A stretch of DNA of 64,000 nt, from positions 9,341 to 73,340 of the forward strand of contig JAMPYF010000004.1 of the NCBI GenBank assembly GCA_023700805.1. The letters are read 5' to 3'. Within the stretch, counting starts at the first letter, position 1. Each line of letters begins with the position of its first letter. The position numbers and the translations under genes are program-made. Below the pieces are notes generated by a model that did no database searches, had not been told where the DNA came from, and saw nothing but the letters and a program-made list of their open reading frames with translations. Source of the DNA: Sulfuritalea sp. (GTDB lineage Bacteria; Pseudomonadota; Gammaproteobacteria; Burkholderiales; Rhodocyclaceae). Positions 25,953 through 34,626 of this stretch are shown piece after piece.

Positions 25953-27314
25953 GTGATAGTGAATTCGCATAATGTCGCAATTTCCGGCGAGGCGTCAAAA
26001 GCCCTTGCCAGGGCATGGTTGTGGCTGGGGCTGATGGCGCTCATCGGTTCCGGTCTGCTGGCCATTTTGCTGGTGCTCTCGCGCACGCCGGGAATCCAGG
26101 ACGTGTTCCCGCTGAAGGACTTTTTCCGCGCCGCGCTGGTGGTTCATGTGGACCTCTCGGTGGCGATATGGTTCATGGCCTTCGCCGCGGTGATCTGGAG
26201 CGCGCTGGGCCGCGACGGCTTTGCCTGGCTGGGCTGGGCCGGCTTCGCGCTGGCCGCGGCGGGCACCGCGCTGATGACCGTCTCGCCCTTCCTGCCGGGC
26301 GCCGATCCGGTGCTCAACAACTACATTCCGGTGTTGCAGCAAAAGTACTTCTATGCCGCGCTGTGGATCTGCGCGGCGGGTTTCGGCCTGGCCGTGCTGC
26401 GCGCGCTGCTCACCACCTGGCCGAAGCCCTTCCTCGGCGCGCCGCTGCAAAGCGGCGCCTTCCTCGGCGCGGTGGCGGCCTTTCTCGCACTGGCGGCCTT
26501 CGTCTGGTCCTGGATCGTGGTGCCGCGGATCGAGGAAAAGATTTATTTCGAAGTGCTGTTCTGGGGCGGCGGCCATACCCTGCAGTTCCAGCATGCGCTG
26601 CTGATGGTGGTGGCGTGGCTGTGGATTGCCAGCCATCTCGGCCGGCCCGCGGAGCAGGGGGCGGGGGGCGGGCTGCCGGTTTCCGCACGAGCGCTCTCCG
26701 CCATGTTCTGGATCGCCGCGCTGCCGTTGCTGGTGGTGCCGGCGATCTACTTCACGATTCCGGCCGGCGAACTGCCGCACATGGAGCTCTTCGCCAAGCT
26801 GATGATCTGGGGCCACCCCTACATGGCGCCGCTGATCCTGGTCGGCTTGCTTGCCGTCTGGGCCACGCGCCGGATGCCGCCCCATGCGGCCAAGTCGGCC
26901 TTCATCGCCTCCTTCTCGCTGTTCGCCGTGGGCGGCGTGCTGGCCTACATGATCCAGGGTGTGAACGTGGTGATCCCGGCCCACTATCACGGCTCCACCG
27001 TGGGCGTGACGCTGGCCTTCATGGGCCTGGCCTACGTGTTGCTGCCGCAACTCGGCTTCGGCGAAGTCGAAGGGCGCATGGCGCGCTGGCAGCCCTATGT
27101 CTATGGCGGCGGCCAGCTGATCCACATCCTCGGCCTGGCCTGGTCGGGCGGCTACGGCGTGCAGCGCAAGGTGGCCGGCGCCGAGCAGGCGCTGACCACG
27201 CTGCCGCAGAAGATCGGCATGGGCATGATGGGCCTGGGCGGCCTGATCGCCGTGATCGGCGGCATCATGTTCGTGCTGGTCTGCCTCAAGCTGATGCTGC
27301 CGCGCAAGCGCTGA
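25953..27314 (+). CDS. divergent heme-copper oxidase subunit I-like membrane protein
   Basis: Helix II VVH, helix VI LFWGGGH, helix X PAHYHG, YGVQRK; no helix VII HH pair. Confidence 0.7.
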   Translation: MIVNSHNVAISGEASKALARAWLWLGLMALIGSGLLAILLVLSRTPGIQDVFPLKDFFRAALVVHVDLSVAIWFMAFAAVIWSALGRDGFAWLGWAGFALAAAGTALMTVSPFLPGADPVLNNYIPVLQQKYFYAALWICAAGFGLAVLRALLTTWPKPFLGAPLQSGAFLGAVAAFLALAAFVWSWIVVPRIEEKIYFEVLFWGGGHTLQFQHALLMVVAWLWIASHLGRPAEQGAGGGLPVSARALSAMFWIAALPLLVVPAIYFTIPAGELPHMELFAKLMIWGHPYMAPLILVGLLAVWATRRMPPHAAKSAFIASFSLFAVGGVLAYMIQGVNVVIPAHYHGSTVGVTLAFMGLAYVLLPQLGFGEVEGRMARWQPYVYGGGQLIHILGLAWSGGYGVQRKVAGAEQALTTLPQKIGMGMMGLGGLIAVIGGIMFVLVCLKLMLPRKR

Positions 27315-27319
27315 TATAC

Positions 27320-27348
27320 GCGGGACCGGCGTCGCGCGCCGGTCCCGC
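27320..27348. terminator. GC-rich hairpin between convergent genes
   Basis: GCGGGACCGGCG-N5-CGCCGGTCCCGC. Confidence 0.6.
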
Positions 27349-27368
27349 CGCAACGCTCTTCCTGCGGC

Positions 27369-27929
27369 CTACTGCTTGCGGCCGTACCTGCCGGTCAGCG
27401 TCGCCTTGCCTATGGAATTGGCATTGACCATGAAGCCGGCCAGCGATGCCGTCGCTCCGGCGGGCAGTTCGAGCTTGTCCACCTTCAGCGCGTGCAGCGT
27501 GAAGTTGTAGCGATGCGGCTTGTCGCCGACCGGCGGGCAGGGGCCGCCCCAGCCGGGGCCGCCGAAGTCGGTGGCGATCTGCGCCGCGCCCTTGGGCAGC
27601 GCCGAACCGTCGGCCTTGCCCGCGCCCTTGGGCAGTTCCGCGACATCGGCCGGAATGTTGGTCACCACCCAGTGCCACCAGCCGGCGCCGCCGGTCGGCG
27701 CGTCGGGGTCATGCACCAGCAGCGCGAAGCTCTTGGTGCCCTTGGGCGCGCCCGACCATTTCAAGCCGGGCGAGATGTTCTTGCCGCTGCAGCCGAAGCC
27801 CTGGAACACCTGCTCCTCGGCGATCGGCGCCGCGGCCTTGATGTCGTCGCTGCCGAGCTTGAATTTTTCGGCCTGGGCGCCGCCGGCCAGGGCCAGCCCT
27901 GCCGCCAGCAAAAGACCGTTACGGATCAT
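27369..27929 (-). CDS. YbhB/YbcL (PEBP) family exported protein
   Basis: HDPDAPTG, WWHW, GPCPP, PHRYNF. Confidence 0.92.
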   Translation of the reverse strand: MIRNGLLLAAGLALAGGAQAEKFKLGSDDIKAAAPIAEEQVFQGFGCSGKNISPGLKWSGAPKGTKSFALLVHDPDAPTGGAGWWHWVVTNIPADVAELPKGAGKADGSALPKGAAQIATDFGGPGWGGPCPPVGDKPHRYNFTLHALKVDKLELPAGATASLAGFMVNANSIGKATLTGRYGRKQ

Positions 27930-28157
27930 GATGGCTCTCCTTTCTGAATGAGATGGAGCAGCGATTCTAGAAGCATTGTCGGCGAGGCCGTGAAAGTTGG
28001 CGCTTGCCGGCCCGCGAAGCGGAATCCCCGGCAGACAGAGTCCGGCACGGCGCCGGCGGCCTCGCGTCGTGTTCGGCCGGTTCAACGTCAACAAGCAGTT
28101 GCGCATCAAGTCGCCGAGGACGCTGCCGCCGGTCGTCGGCAGGCATCTGGCGCAAGC

Positions 28158-28283
28158 ATGAACGCCGACTACGCCGGCGACCACGAGATCGTCGCGCGCT
28201 TTCTCGATCCGACCGACGCCTACCTGCTCTGTTCCTGTCTGAAGTACGAGCTGACCAAGCAACGCCTTGATCCATCTGCGTGA
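28158..28283 (+). pseudogene. truncated DUF2007-like gene fragment ending in a repeat motif
   Basis: EIVARFLDPTDAYLLCSCLK resembles a DUF2007 N-terminus, then runs into an ATCTGCG repeat pair (28274-28299). Confidence 0.45.
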
Positions 28284-28392
28284 ATCGGCGAAATCTGCGG
28301 ATCAAATGCGTTCTGCAGGATCAGTGAAATAGCGCCGGCGATAAAACAGCCCGGCCGCCTTGCGGCGCGCCGGGCTGCTGCCTGGGGGCCAC

Positions 28393-30303
28393 TTATTTCG
28401 GCTGGAAGGCCATCGAGCGGGCCGAGATGGTGAAGGCGTCGGAGAAGCACATGCCTTCCTCGGCGCCCTGGTTTTTCAGAGTCGGGAAGATCGCCTCGAC
28501 CATTTTCACCGAGCCGCAGGCATAGATTTCGTGGCCCTTGAGGTCGGGGAAATCTTCCAGGATGGCTTCGTGCACCAGCCCGGTGCGACCGCTCCAGTGG
28601 TCGCCCGGCGCGGCATCGGAGATCACCGGGATGAAGTGGAAGTTGGCGTGCTCGCGCGCCCAGCCTTGCGGCAGTTCGGGCAGGTAGAGGTCGGCCAGCT
28701 GGCGCACGCCCCAGTAAAGATAGATCGGGCGCTTGAGGCCGCGCTGGAAGGCGTCCTCGACCATGCTCTTGACCGGGGCGAAGCCGGTGGCGCCGGCGAC
28801 GAAGACGATCGGGCGCTCGGATTCGCGCAGCGAGAAATCGCCCAGCGGACCTTCGAAGCTGACGGCATCGCCCACCTTCATCTGCTCGAAGACGTGGGTG
28901 GTGTAGCGGCCGCCGGGCATCAGGCGGATCTGCAGTTCGATCAGGTCGGACTGCTGCGGCGGATTGGCGAAGGAGAAGGCGCGGCGCTGGCCATCGTCGA
29001 GGATGATGTTGATGTACTGGCCGGCCTTGAAGGGAATATGCTGGCCTTCCGGCAACTTGAGCAGAACGCGCATCACGTCGTGGGTCAGCTTTTCCAGCTT
29101 CGCCACGTGGGCCGTGTATTGGCGGATGGCCTTAGGCGCGGCGGCCGCTTCATATTCGATCTCGACGTCGCCCAAGGCCGTCGCGCAGCACAGCAGCACC
29201 TTGCCGGCGGCGAGTTCCGCGGCCGACAGCGCGCTCGGCTGATACAGCCCGGGGTCGACATTGCCGGAGAGCACGGTGCATTTGCACTGCCCGCAGCCGC
29301 CGTTGCGGCATTCGTAGGGCAGGTTGATTTCCTGGCGCAGGCCGGCATCGAGCAGGGTTTCGTCGAAGCGGATGGCGACCGCCTTGTGGTCGGGGTGGAA
29401 GGTCACCGTCGCCTCGGCCTTGGCCGCGCCCATGCGCTTGGGCGGCAGCCAGGGGGCGAGGAACAGCAGGCCGGACAGGCCCAGGATGGCGAACCAGAGA
29501 TAGATCGGATCGACGACATAGACCAGGGCCAGCACCGGCATCTGGAACCAGTCGATGGCGATGTTGGTCGGCACCACCAGCATGTCGGCTTCGCCGCCCT
29601 GGCTGACCACCGGCTTGACCAGGGCCAGCACGACGAACATCGCCGTGAAGGCGATGGCGATCGCGCGCGGCGGATTGACATGGGCGCGCGGCACGCGCTG
29701 CACATGGACCCAGGCGATGACGCCGGCGATCAGCGGTGCGCCGAGGTGGATGAAGGCGAGCAGGGTGAACAGCCGGCTGGTGACGTTTTCCTGGTAGATG
29801 AAATTGCGGATCAGGGTGCCGTTGAACATCGGCAACGCATCGAACCATTCCGCGGTGGCGATGACGACGAACTGCGCCAGCTTGTCCCACACCAGCATGA
29901 AGCCGTTGAGGCCGGAGATGTAGACCAGCCAGATCAGCGCCACGCCGGTGGCCCAGGAGAACCAGCGGAAGCCGCGGTAACGGTCGTAGGCGAAGTGCCG
30001 CAGCATGTGCAGCAGCATGGTCAGGATCATGCCGTCGGTGGCATAGCGATGCACGCTGCGCATGATGCCGCCGGCCCACCACTGCTCGTGGGTGATGCGC
30101 TCGACCGATTCGTAGGCATCGTGCACGGCGGTGTCGGCGAAGACGTAGAGATAGATGCCGGTGCCGATCAGCAGCCAGAACTGCCAGAAGCTGATGGTGC
30201 CCAGGTGGTAGAAGGGATTGAGCTTCTCGCCGAAGGCCGCGTTGAACAGGTTCTCCGCACGCATGAAGAACCAGCGCACGAGTTTTTGGAGGTGGGTCAG
30301 CAT
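28393..30303 (-). CDS. cytochrome b + 2Fe-2S ferredoxin + FAD/NAD(P) reductase fusion
   Basis: RSVHRY...LLH and FIH...WVH heme ligands; CRNGGCGQC...C; RAFS, AGATGFAP, YACGS. Confidence 0.88.
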   Translation of the reverse strand: MLTHLQKLVRWFFMRAENLFNAAFGEKLNPFYHLGTISFWQFWLLIGTGIYLYVFADTAVHDAYESVERITHEQWWAGGIMRSVHRYATDGMILTMLLHMLRHFAYDRYRGFRWFSWATGVALIWLVYISGLNGFMLVWDKLAQFVVIATAEWFDALPMFNGTLIRNFIYQENVTSRLFTLLAFIHLGAPLIAGVIAWVHVQRVPRAHVNPPRAIAIAFTAMFVVLALVKPVVSQGGEADMLVVPTNIAIDWFQMPVLALVYVVDPIYLWFAILGLSGLLFLAPWLPPKRMGAAKAEATVTFHPDHKAVAIRFDETLLDAGLRQEINLPYECRNGGCGQCKCTVLSGNVDPGLYQPSALSAAELAAGKVLLCCATALGDVEIEYEAAAAPKAIRQYTAHVAKLEKLTHDVMRVLLKLPEGQHIPFKAGQYINIILDDGQRRAFSFANPPQQSDLIELQIRLMPGGRYTTHVFEQMKVGDAVSFEGPLGDFSLRESERPIVFVAGATGFAPVKSMVEDAFQRGLKRPIYLYWGVRQLADLYLPELPQGWAREHANFHFIPVISDAAPGDHWSGRTGLVHEAILEDFPDLKGHEIYACGSVKMVEAIFPTLKNQGAEEGMCFSDAFTISARSMAFQPK

Positions 30304-30334
30304 GATGTTTGTCCTGGAGTTTCGTAGGGCGTGT

Positions 30335-30853
30335 TCAGAGTTTGTTCGCGGCGCTTTGCTGGAAGAACAGGCCGCCCTTGTCCGGATTGAAGTCGACCAC
30401 CAGCACCTGCGCCGGCTTCAGCGTGACTCGTGCTTCCTTGGTGAAGTTGAACCCCGGATTGACCAGGTTGTCGTTCATTTTGACGGCCAGCTGGTAGGTT
30501 CCGGCCTTGATCTCGAAACGCTTATAGACGGTGGATACGCCGTCGCGCGAAAGCCCCGTCGGATGCATCACGGTTTCGAACATCGGCTTGCCGTCGAGTT
30601 CCAGCACCAGCTTGATGTCGGAACGCCCGCGCGGACAGTCCAGCGGCGCGCGCATGTTGGGCGGCAGCTTGGAAAGCTCCTCGGCGCTGCGCTTGCGGCA
30701 ATCGCGCCCGCCGAGATGGCTCATCGACAGCTTGATCAGCGCCACGTCGTCGGGAATCTGCTTGTAGGTCGGGTTGGTCGAGAAGTAGCCGATGAAGGCG
30801 GCGAACGCGCCGTAGAGGACGATCTGACCGGCGATGGCGGCGGGTTTAGCCAT
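30335..30853 (-). CDS. membrane-anchored periplasmic protein of unknown function (2 Cys)
   Basis: N-terminal TM; HLGGRDC...MRAPLDCPRGRS; host-like codon usage. Confidence 0.75.
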   Translation of the reverse strand: MAKPAAIAGQIVLYGAFAAFIGYFSTNPTYKQIPDDVALIKLSMSHLGGRDCRKRSAEELSKLPPNMRAPLDCPRGRSDIKLVLELDGKPMFETVMHPTGLSRDGVSTVYKRFEIKAGTYQLAVKMNDNLVNPGFNFTKEARVTLKPAQVLVVDFNPDKGGLFFQQSAANKL

Positions 30854-30967
30854 GATGGGTTCCTTCGCAGGGCCGTCCCGAAAAGGAACAGCCAGGTGTA
30901 TGGAGCGGGCATTGCCCGCGAACAATCGTCACCCCCGTCCTTGGGAAGGGGGTTGGGGGGAAGGTGG

Positions 30968-32542
30968 TCATCTTGTTCTCCTGGAGAAGGGGGGTGGCCG
31001 GGTGTTTTGCACCCATTGCATTTCGAGTCGGTTTCTGAATTCAGCGACGGCGGCGGCGAGCAGCCCGCCGTCGCCGCGCGAGGCATGGACCACCTGCAGG
31101 CGCTGCAGCGGCACCAGGCCGCGCAGATGAGGTTCGCGGCTGCGGGCGAGGCGTTCCCGCGTCCATTGCATGCCGAGGCGGAACTCGCAGCCGCCTTCGC
31201 GGCAGCCGGTGACGACGATGCCATCGGCGCCGCTGCGCAGTGCGTATTCGACGAAGGAGGGCGGCAGCATGCCGGTGCACAGCAGGCTGATGGCGGCGGT
31301 GTCGGCGGCGTCGAGGCCGCGCACATCGGCGCCCTTGTCGCAGCCGAAGACGACCAGCCGGGCCTGGCCCGGCGTCGGCGTTCCCCATGACGCCAGGCGC
31401 GCTTCGAGTTGCCGGCGCAGTGCGTCGACCGGCTGTTGCGGCATGTCGATGCCGGTCACGAGTTTTTCCTGGCTGCGGAAGGGCGTCGAGGAGGGGCAGG
31501 CGCCGGCGCAGATGCCGCAGCTGGCGCACAGGTCGGCGTCGACCACGGCGATCTTGTGGCCCGGTTTGTCGGGATGGATCGCCATGGTCACGGCCTCGTA
31601 GGGACAATCGGCGTGACAGCGGGCGCAGCCGTTGCAGTTCGCCGCATCGACCACGGCGACCGGCGCAGCAGCAGGATGGGGCAGGAAGGGCAGGGCGAAG
31701 AGCAGCAGGGTGGCGCCGAAGACCAGCCCCCACACCGCCGCCGGCGAACTGAGGTCGGTCAGCGGATGGATGAACAGCAAGAACCAGTCGAGCCGCAGTC
31801 CGTTCGGCACCAGGGCCAGGTCGGCCGGTGCGTCGGAAAGCGCCGGCTTGAGCAGGGCCAGCGCCAGGAAGCTGATCATGGTGGCCAGCATCAGGCGCCG
31901 CGAAGGCAGGTAATCGACCCGGCTGATGCGATTGACATGGGCCCAGAGGCCGAGGAGCAGCATCAGCGGGACGCCGATGTGGATGAACACCAGCACCGTG
32001 AAGAAGCGGTCGTTGATCGAATCCGGCGCGAGGAAGTTGCGCGCCGCGGGCTCGCTGAAAATCGGCAGCCAGTCGAGCAGTTCCGTGGTGGCGACGGCGG
32101 AGAACTGCGCCAGGCGGTCCCAGACGATCCAGTAGCCGCCGATGCCCGAGATGTAGGCAAACCAGATCAGCGGCACGCCGGTGATCCACGAATACAGGCG
32201 GAAGCCGTAGTAGCGGCCATGCGCCCACTCGCGCAGCAGATGCAGCATCATGACCAGCACGAAGGCATCGGCGGCATAGCGGTGCAGGCTGCGCAATATG
32301 CCCCCCAGATACCACTGCTCGCGCGACAGATAGTCGATCGAGCTGTACACGCCGTCGATGCTGGTGTCCAGCACGGTGTAGAGGTAGAGCCCGCTGGCGA
32401 CCAGGATCCAGAGGAAATACAGGCCGAGCGCGCCAAGGTGGCGCAGGGGATTGTCGGCGCCGCCGAAGTATCCATCGAAGAAATTCTCGATGCTGTCGAA
32501 GAGGGTTTGCGCGTTGCCGCGCAACACTGCGTGCAAGCTCAC
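30968..32542 (-). CDS. cytochrome b + 2x[4Fe-4S] + MvhD/FlpD-like domain fusion
   Basis: RSLHRY...LH, FIH...AH; CNGCARCHADCP, CASCGICAGACP; VFGC, LCTG, DGIVVTGCREGGCEF; start GTG 32542 or TTG 32599. Confidence 0.85.
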   Translation of the reverse strand: MSLHAVLRGNAQTLFDSIENFFDGYFGGADNPLRHLGALGLYFLWILVASGLYLYTVLDTSIDGVYSSIDYLSREQWYLGGILRSLHRYAADAFVLVMMLHLLREWAHGRYYGFRLYSWITGVPLIWFAYISGIGGYWIVWDRLAQFSAVATTELLDWLPIFSEPAARNFLAPDSINDRFFTVLVFIHIGVPLMLLLGLWAHVNRISRVDYLPSRRLMLATMISFLALALLKPALSDAPADLALVPNGLRLDWFLLFIHPLTDLSSPAAVWGLVFGATLLLFALPFLPHPAAAPVAVVDAANCNGCARCHADCPYEAVTMAIHPDKPGHKIAVVDADLCASCGICAGACPSSTPFRSQEKLVTGIDMPQQPVDALRRQLEARLASWGTPTPGQARLVVFGCDKGADVRGLDAADTAAISLLCTGMLPPSFVEYALRSGADGIVVTGCREGGCEFRLGMQWTRERLARSREPHLRGLVPLQRLQVVHASRGDGGLLAAAVAEFRNRLEMQWVQNTRPPPFSRRTR

Positions 32543-32626
32543 GTTGGGAGATTCCGTCAAGCCGGCACTGGAAGACGGCCGCCGACTATTAGCGGTCAAT
32601 GATATTTAAGTCGGAAGATTTCCGAC

Positions 32627-32640
32627 TTGACTGCAATCAA
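32627..32640. promoter_or_regulatory. FNR/DNR-like box upstream of the cytochrome b fusion genes
   Basis: TTGAC-TGCA-ATCAA. Confidence 0.8.
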
Positions 32641-32645
32641 CCGGA

Positions 32646-33611
32646 TCAAATCCTGTTGTCGCGTTTGCGCAGAAAGAAACTCCAGGCCAGCCAGCCCATG
32701 AAGAAAGTGAAGCTGATGAAGCCGCCGATCTCGAAGTACAGCGCGTAGTTGGTCCGGTATCTGCCGCTGACGGGGTCATACACCGAGCACAGGATCCGGA
32801 TGCGGTCGGCGATTTCGGCCAGGGTGCTGGTTTGCTGCGGTATCGGCGCGCCGGTGATCATCGCCTTGAGCGGCTCCGCAAGGTCCTCGGCGGTGAATTT
32901 CTCGCCATAGATCTGGCGGTAGATCCTGCCCTCGGCATCGACCAGGGTGACCTGGTTCACATGGTCGAATCCGGCGGTGGTGGCGACATAGCTGAAGCCG
33001 AAGTTCTGCGTCAGTTCGTCGACGATGGCCGGCGCCGGACTGAGGAAATCCCAGTTGGGCAGGTGGATGCCGTACTGGGTGGCAAAGGTCTTCATCGCCT
33101 GCGGCGAGTCGAAAGGCTGGTTGAAGCCGATGCTGACGATGTTGAAGCGATCCGCCCCGAGCATGCCGACGGTGTTCTCGACGGCCTTTTGCAGGTTCTT
33201 GGTGGTGGTGGGGCAGACCTGGAAGCAGGCGGTATAGACGAAATTCACCAGCAGCGGCTTGCCGCGGTACTTGGCCAGCGCCGTCGGCCGTTGCTGGCGG
33301 TCGAGCAGCACGTGATCGCCGACCGGCTGGCCGATCACGGCCTGCGAGCGCTTCAGCGCCGCCTGGGCGTCGAGCGTGGTGAGCGCGAGGCCGGTGCGCG
33401 CGCCTTGCGGCACCGCGGTGAGGCCCGGCGTGGTCGCCTTCGCCGTGTCACCATCCGCTACGGCGAGGAGAGCGTTTTTCGCTCGACCGCCTTGTAGCGC
33501 AGGGGCTTCATCAGCGCCAACTCCTGCGGCAGCGGCAAGCACGACTGCCGCGAGCGCGGCATGGAGCGAGAAACGGATCACGGGGATTGCCTGGCTAGAA
33601 GCGGGCGTCAA
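32646..33611 (-). CDS. SCO-family protein with C-terminal TM extension
   Basis: FVYTACFQVCP, GFDH, C-terminal TM helix. Confidence 0.85.
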   Translation of the reverse strand: MTPASSQAIPVIRFSLHAALAAVVLAAAAGVGADEAPALQGGRAKNALLAVADGDTAKATTPGLTAVPQGARTGLALTTLDAQAALKRSQAVIGQPVGDHVLLDRQQRPTALAKYRGKPLLVNFVYTACFQVCPTTTKNLQKAVENTVGMLGADRFNIVSIGFNQPFDSPQAMKTFATQYGIHLPNWDFLSPAPAIVDELTQNFGFSYVATTAGFDHVNQVTLVDAEGRIYRQIYGEKFTAEDLAEPLKAMITGAPIPQQTSTLAEIADRIRILCSVYDPVSGRYRTNYALYFEIGGFISFTFFMGWLAWSFFLRKRDNRI

Positions 33612-34485
33612 TGATGGCCGCGGTTAGCACCAGCGTCAACTGCGCCAGGGAGGCGTGGAAGCAACTCATCGCCGTGGCGCGGTTGGTGTTCTGCACCAGG
33701 CGCCAGGCCTTCAGGATGAACAGGAAGCCGCCGACGGCGGCGCCGGCGAAGTAGATCGCGCCGAGGCCGAAGGCCAGCGGCAGCAGGGAGGCCGCCACCA
33801 GGGCCAGGGTGCTGGCGAATATGGTCTTGGCCGCACGCTGGTCGCCGACCACCACGGGCAGCATGGGCACGCCGGCGGCCGCGTAGTCGTCGCGGTAGGC
33901 GATCGCCAGGCTCCAGAAGTGCGGCGGCGTCCACAGGAAGAGCACGAAGGCCAGCGCCAGCGGTACCGCGCCGACCTGCGGGTCGGCCGCCGTGGCGCCG
34001 GCCAGCACGGCCCAGCTGCCGGCCAGTCCGCCGAAGACGATGTTGAGCCAGGTGCGGCGCTTGAGCCAGACCGTATACACGATGGCGTAGAAGAAGGCGC
34101 CGAGAAAGGTGAACAGCGCCGCCCAGGCATTCAGTGCGAGCCAGGCTGCGCCGACCGAGATCGCCATGAGGCCGAAAATGACTGCCAGCCAGACCGGGCC
34201 GTGCTTGATTTCGCCGGTGGCGAAAGGCCGGTTCCTGGTGCGCGACATCAGCGGATCGATGTCGTGTTCGTAATACTGATTGAAGGCGCCGGCACTGGCC
34301 GAGGAAACCAGCACGGCCAGGGTCAGCGTGATCAGCTGGACCAGGCTCAGGCTGGGGCCGCCGCTTACCGACAGGCCCGCCAGTGCGGTGAAGGTGATGA
34401 CGACGCCGATGCGCAGCTTGAACAGTCCCGCGATGGCGCGGAAGGAGAGTCCGGAGGATCTGTTGGTGGGCAGCGTCGATTCCAT
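33595..34485 (-). CDS. ctaB: protoheme IX farnesyltransferase (heme o synthase)
   Basis: DIDPLMSRTRNRP, YTVWLKRRT, FLWTPPHFWSLA. Confidence 0.95.
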   Translation of the reverse strand: MESTLPTNRSSGLSFRAIAGLFKLRIGVVITFTALAGLSVSGGPSLSLVQLITLTLAVLVSSASAGAFNQYYEHDIDPLMSRTRNRPFATGEIKHGPVWLAVIFGLMAISVGAAWLALNAWAALFTFLGAFFYAIVYTVWLKRRTWLNIVFGGLAGSWAVLAGATAADPQVGAVPLALAFVLFLWTPPHFWSLAIAYRDDYAAAGVPMLPVVVGDQRAAKTIFASTLALVAASLLPLAFGLGAIYFAGAAVGGFLFILKAWRLVQNTNRATAMSCFHASLAQLTLVLTAAIIDARF

Positions 34486-34533
34486 AGGTGTGTTCGCGGG
34501 GTGGTCGTAGTGGTTATTTTTACTATCCTAACC

Positions 34534-34598
34534 TGCTTGAATCGGGCCTGGCGGCCAAGCCCGATTCAGGCAGCTTCCCCGCACCGGAGTGCGGGGAA
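34534..34598. terminator. two hairpins downstream of subunit I
   Basis: GCTTGAATCGGGC...GCCCGATTCAGGC and TTCCCCGCAC-CGGA-GTGCGGGGAA. Confidence 0.55.
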
Positions 34599-34626
34599 CC
34601 TGGATCAGCTGGGGGTCAGCTCATGT

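Noticed and set aside
30929-30996. G-rich REP-like remnant (similar at 24418-24446)
   Set aside because: Too degenerate to define boundaries or function
28393-32599. bc1 complex or hydrogenase
   Set aside because: No Rieske, cytochrome c1 or NiFe large subunit in the window; only isolated domains are shared
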